From Treponema sp. (GTDB taxonomy: Bacteria; Spirochaetota; Spirochaetia; Treponematales; Breznakiellaceae): a stretch of DNA of 36,849 nucleotides. The notes beneath the pieces are model-generated. The model did no database searches. It was not told the DNA's origin and worked only from the letters and a program-made list of their open reading frames with translations. A program made the translations under genes and the position numbers. The stretch lies in contig JAISRD010000188.1 of NCBI GenBank assembly GCA_031273835.1, positions 1-36,849 of the forward strand, given 5' to 3'. Numbering within the stretch: position 1 is the stretch's first letter; every line of letters begins with the position of its first letter. This document shows positions 35,599-36,849 of the stretch, piece by piece.

Positions 35599-36611
35599 AA
35601 AGCGGTCCCGGTAATATACTCAAGCCTTTCCGCTAAACGGCCCCGGGCCTTTTCCGCTTCCCCGTTGAGCCAGCTCTTGAACATGGGCTCAGCGGTAAGG
35701 GCGCGGAGTATGCCGGCGGCATAGATCGTATGAAGGTTATCCGGTAAAGCTATGAGGGGAAGTATATCTTCGAGAAGTTCCGGCTTTTGCCGGATAACGG
35801 CGTCCTGTATGAGCCCCTCAATCTCGGCGCGGGTCCGCAGGGCCTTTCCGTCATCGGCGCCGAGCCCCGAAACGCGGGCCAGTATGGACCTGCATTCGGG
35901 GGCAAAGGGGCCGGAACCGGCCAGGTCGATACAGCGTTCCGCATAATCCCCGGCGGCGTTTCCTGAAAAGGTCCGGGCCCCCCGGTACCAGTATTCGGGG
36001 AAGGAACTGTAACGGGCCCTTACCGCTCCATAGGCGGAGCGGGTTTCACGGGAGATTCCTCCCCCTTCCAGGGAACATACCAGCAGCATCCACCGGATAA
36101 ACGAATCGGGTTCCGTTTCCCCGGGAAAGAGTTCCGTTAAAAGGGCTTGGGCCTCGGTCCAGCGGCCGTTAAAGAAATCCAGCGCGGCCCGGGCGGCTTT
36201 GTCCGCTTCCTCCGCCGCCTTGGGACCGCCGGAACCGGCAAATTCCAGTTCCCCGACCTTGGCAAGACCTTCTTCAATAGCTTCCCTGTTTATCCCCTCC
36301 AGCCCGTGGGCATAGGCCCAGGAAAGCTCTTTATAAACGGCGATCACCGCGCCGGCATAATCCCCCGACTCTTCCCGCAGTTTACATTCCGCAATACCCA
36401 TGCCGGGAACAAAACCGCCGGACCGCTCCAATTCGGCAAGTTCCTCAAGTTGTTCAGGATACCCGGAAACGGCGGAATCCGTTTGAATGACGGACCGCTT
36501 CCGTCCCGCCGTATCCGGCGCTTCCGGAGAAGGGTCCGAAACGGTACAGGCGCCGAAAACCAGCAGGACGGCGAGGAAAGCCGGAAAAACCGGTACATTC
36601 CGTATTGTCAT
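35595..36611 (-). CDS. Uncharacterised helical lipoprotein (338 aa), first gene of the envelope operon
   Basis: Signal peptide with VFGAC lipobox. A GGAGG RBS lies 5 nt upstream of the ATG at 36611. All-helical, repeat-like composition. Confidence 0.7.
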   Translation of the reverse strand: MTIRNVPVFPAFLAVLLVFGACTVSDPSPEAPDTAGRKRSVIQTDSAVSGYPEQLEELAELERSGGFVPGMGIAECKLREESGDYAGAVIAVYKELSWAYAHGLEGINREAIEEGLAKVGELEFAGSGGPKAAEEADKAARAALDFFNGRWTEAQALLTELFPGETEPDSFIRWMLLVCSLEGGGISRETRSAYGAVRARYSSFPEYWYRGARTFSGNAAGDYAERCIDLAGSGPFAPECRSILARVSGLGADDGKALRTRAEIEGLIQDAVIRQKPELLEDILPLIALPDNLHTIYAAGILRALTAEPMFKSWLNGEAEKARGRLAERLEYITGTAL

Positions 36612-36849
36612 AATAACCTCCGGGAGGGAAATTTCCCCCTTTCACTCCCTAAGAGGCGCTTGACATCATCTTTGCTTTAATTATTCACATGGAGCCGGGT
36701 GTTTTTTTGACAGCCCGGGCAATCGGAGGGAATGATTTTATGTAAAGACTCAAAAAAAGTATTTCTGAAAACTCACCACAAAAATCCTCTTATTCACTAT
36801 ATTTCCATTGCGCGATATACTGGTAAACTGAGCTGGAAAGGGCTTTGGC

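Noticed and set aside
36147-36680. 177-aa plus-strand ORF opposite the 338-aa lipoprotein gene
   Set aside because: It is an antisense shadow. The minus-strand gene has a signal peptide, a lipobox, an RBS and operon coupling.
36732-36849. Open frames touching the right edge: plus-strand ATG at 36732 (MILCKDSKKVF...) and a minus-strand frame ending in TAA at 36790
   Set aside because: Each has fewer than 40 codons in an AT-rich region. The plus-strand ATG sits only 1 nt from its GGAGGG. They cannot be judged without sequence beyond the window.
1-36849. Search for rRNA, tRNA, CRISPR arrays, transposases/integrases, prophage or defence-island signatures
   Set aside because: I saw no tRNA-like T-arm motifs or cloverleaf-sized conserved segments in the intergenic regions. 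I also saw no regularly spaced direct repeats and no recombinase-like ORFs. All large ORFs are accounted for by the features listed.

Overview
This is a chromosomal window from what looks like a spirochaete of the Treponema/Spirochaeta type. The taxonomic call is an inference from three things: an EF-Tu sequence resembling treponemal EF-Tu as I recall it, secY followed directly by rpmJ, and loose spirochaete-style lipoboxes. No searches could be run, so every family call rests on motifs I recognise in the translations and on gene order.

Layout:
(1) 1-1965: the N-terminal fragment of a BspA-like LRR protein at the left edge (not in the ORF track), an orphan MalK/MsmK-type sugar ABC ATPase, and a divergent Cys-rich mini-protein.
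(2) 2033-7551 (+): a tightly packed operon of PlsC-family acyltransferase, prmC, a long RelA/SpoT homologue with a degenerate hydrolase domain, and a CapA-family lipoprotein.
(3) 7538-23845 (-): an uninterrupted ribosomal supercluster of about 16.3 kb, running rpsL-rpsG-tuf-rpsJ...rplP-rpmC-rpsQ (S10), rplN...rplO-secY (spc), rpmJ-rpsM-rpsK-rpsD-rpoA-rplQ (alpha), and ending in an unannotated basic zinc-ribbon mini-protein. fusA, adk, map and infA are absent from it.
(4) 24163-25222 (+): two co-transcribed proteins with no recognisable family, driven by a near-consensus extended -10 promoter.
(5) 25421-28945 (-): an operon of HAD-IIA phosphatase, HydF ([FeFe]-hydrogenase maturation GTPase) and an aspartase-family lyase.
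(6) 29003-31502 (+): ferritin followed by an unusual DAHP synthase-prephenate dehydratase fusion.
(7) 31537-36611 (-): five genes joined entirely by 4-nt start/stop overlaps, comprising three unknown lipoproteins, a TolC-like OMF and an MFP adaptor, with no pump gene.

I found no rRNA, tRNA, CRISPR array, transposase or integrase. The best candidates for undescribed biology are the pump-less lipoprotein/TolC/MFP operon, the orphan two-gene cassette upstream of rpsL, the hydF-aspartase-HAD operon, the DAHPS-PDT fusion and the zinc-ribbon protein at the end of the alpha operon.
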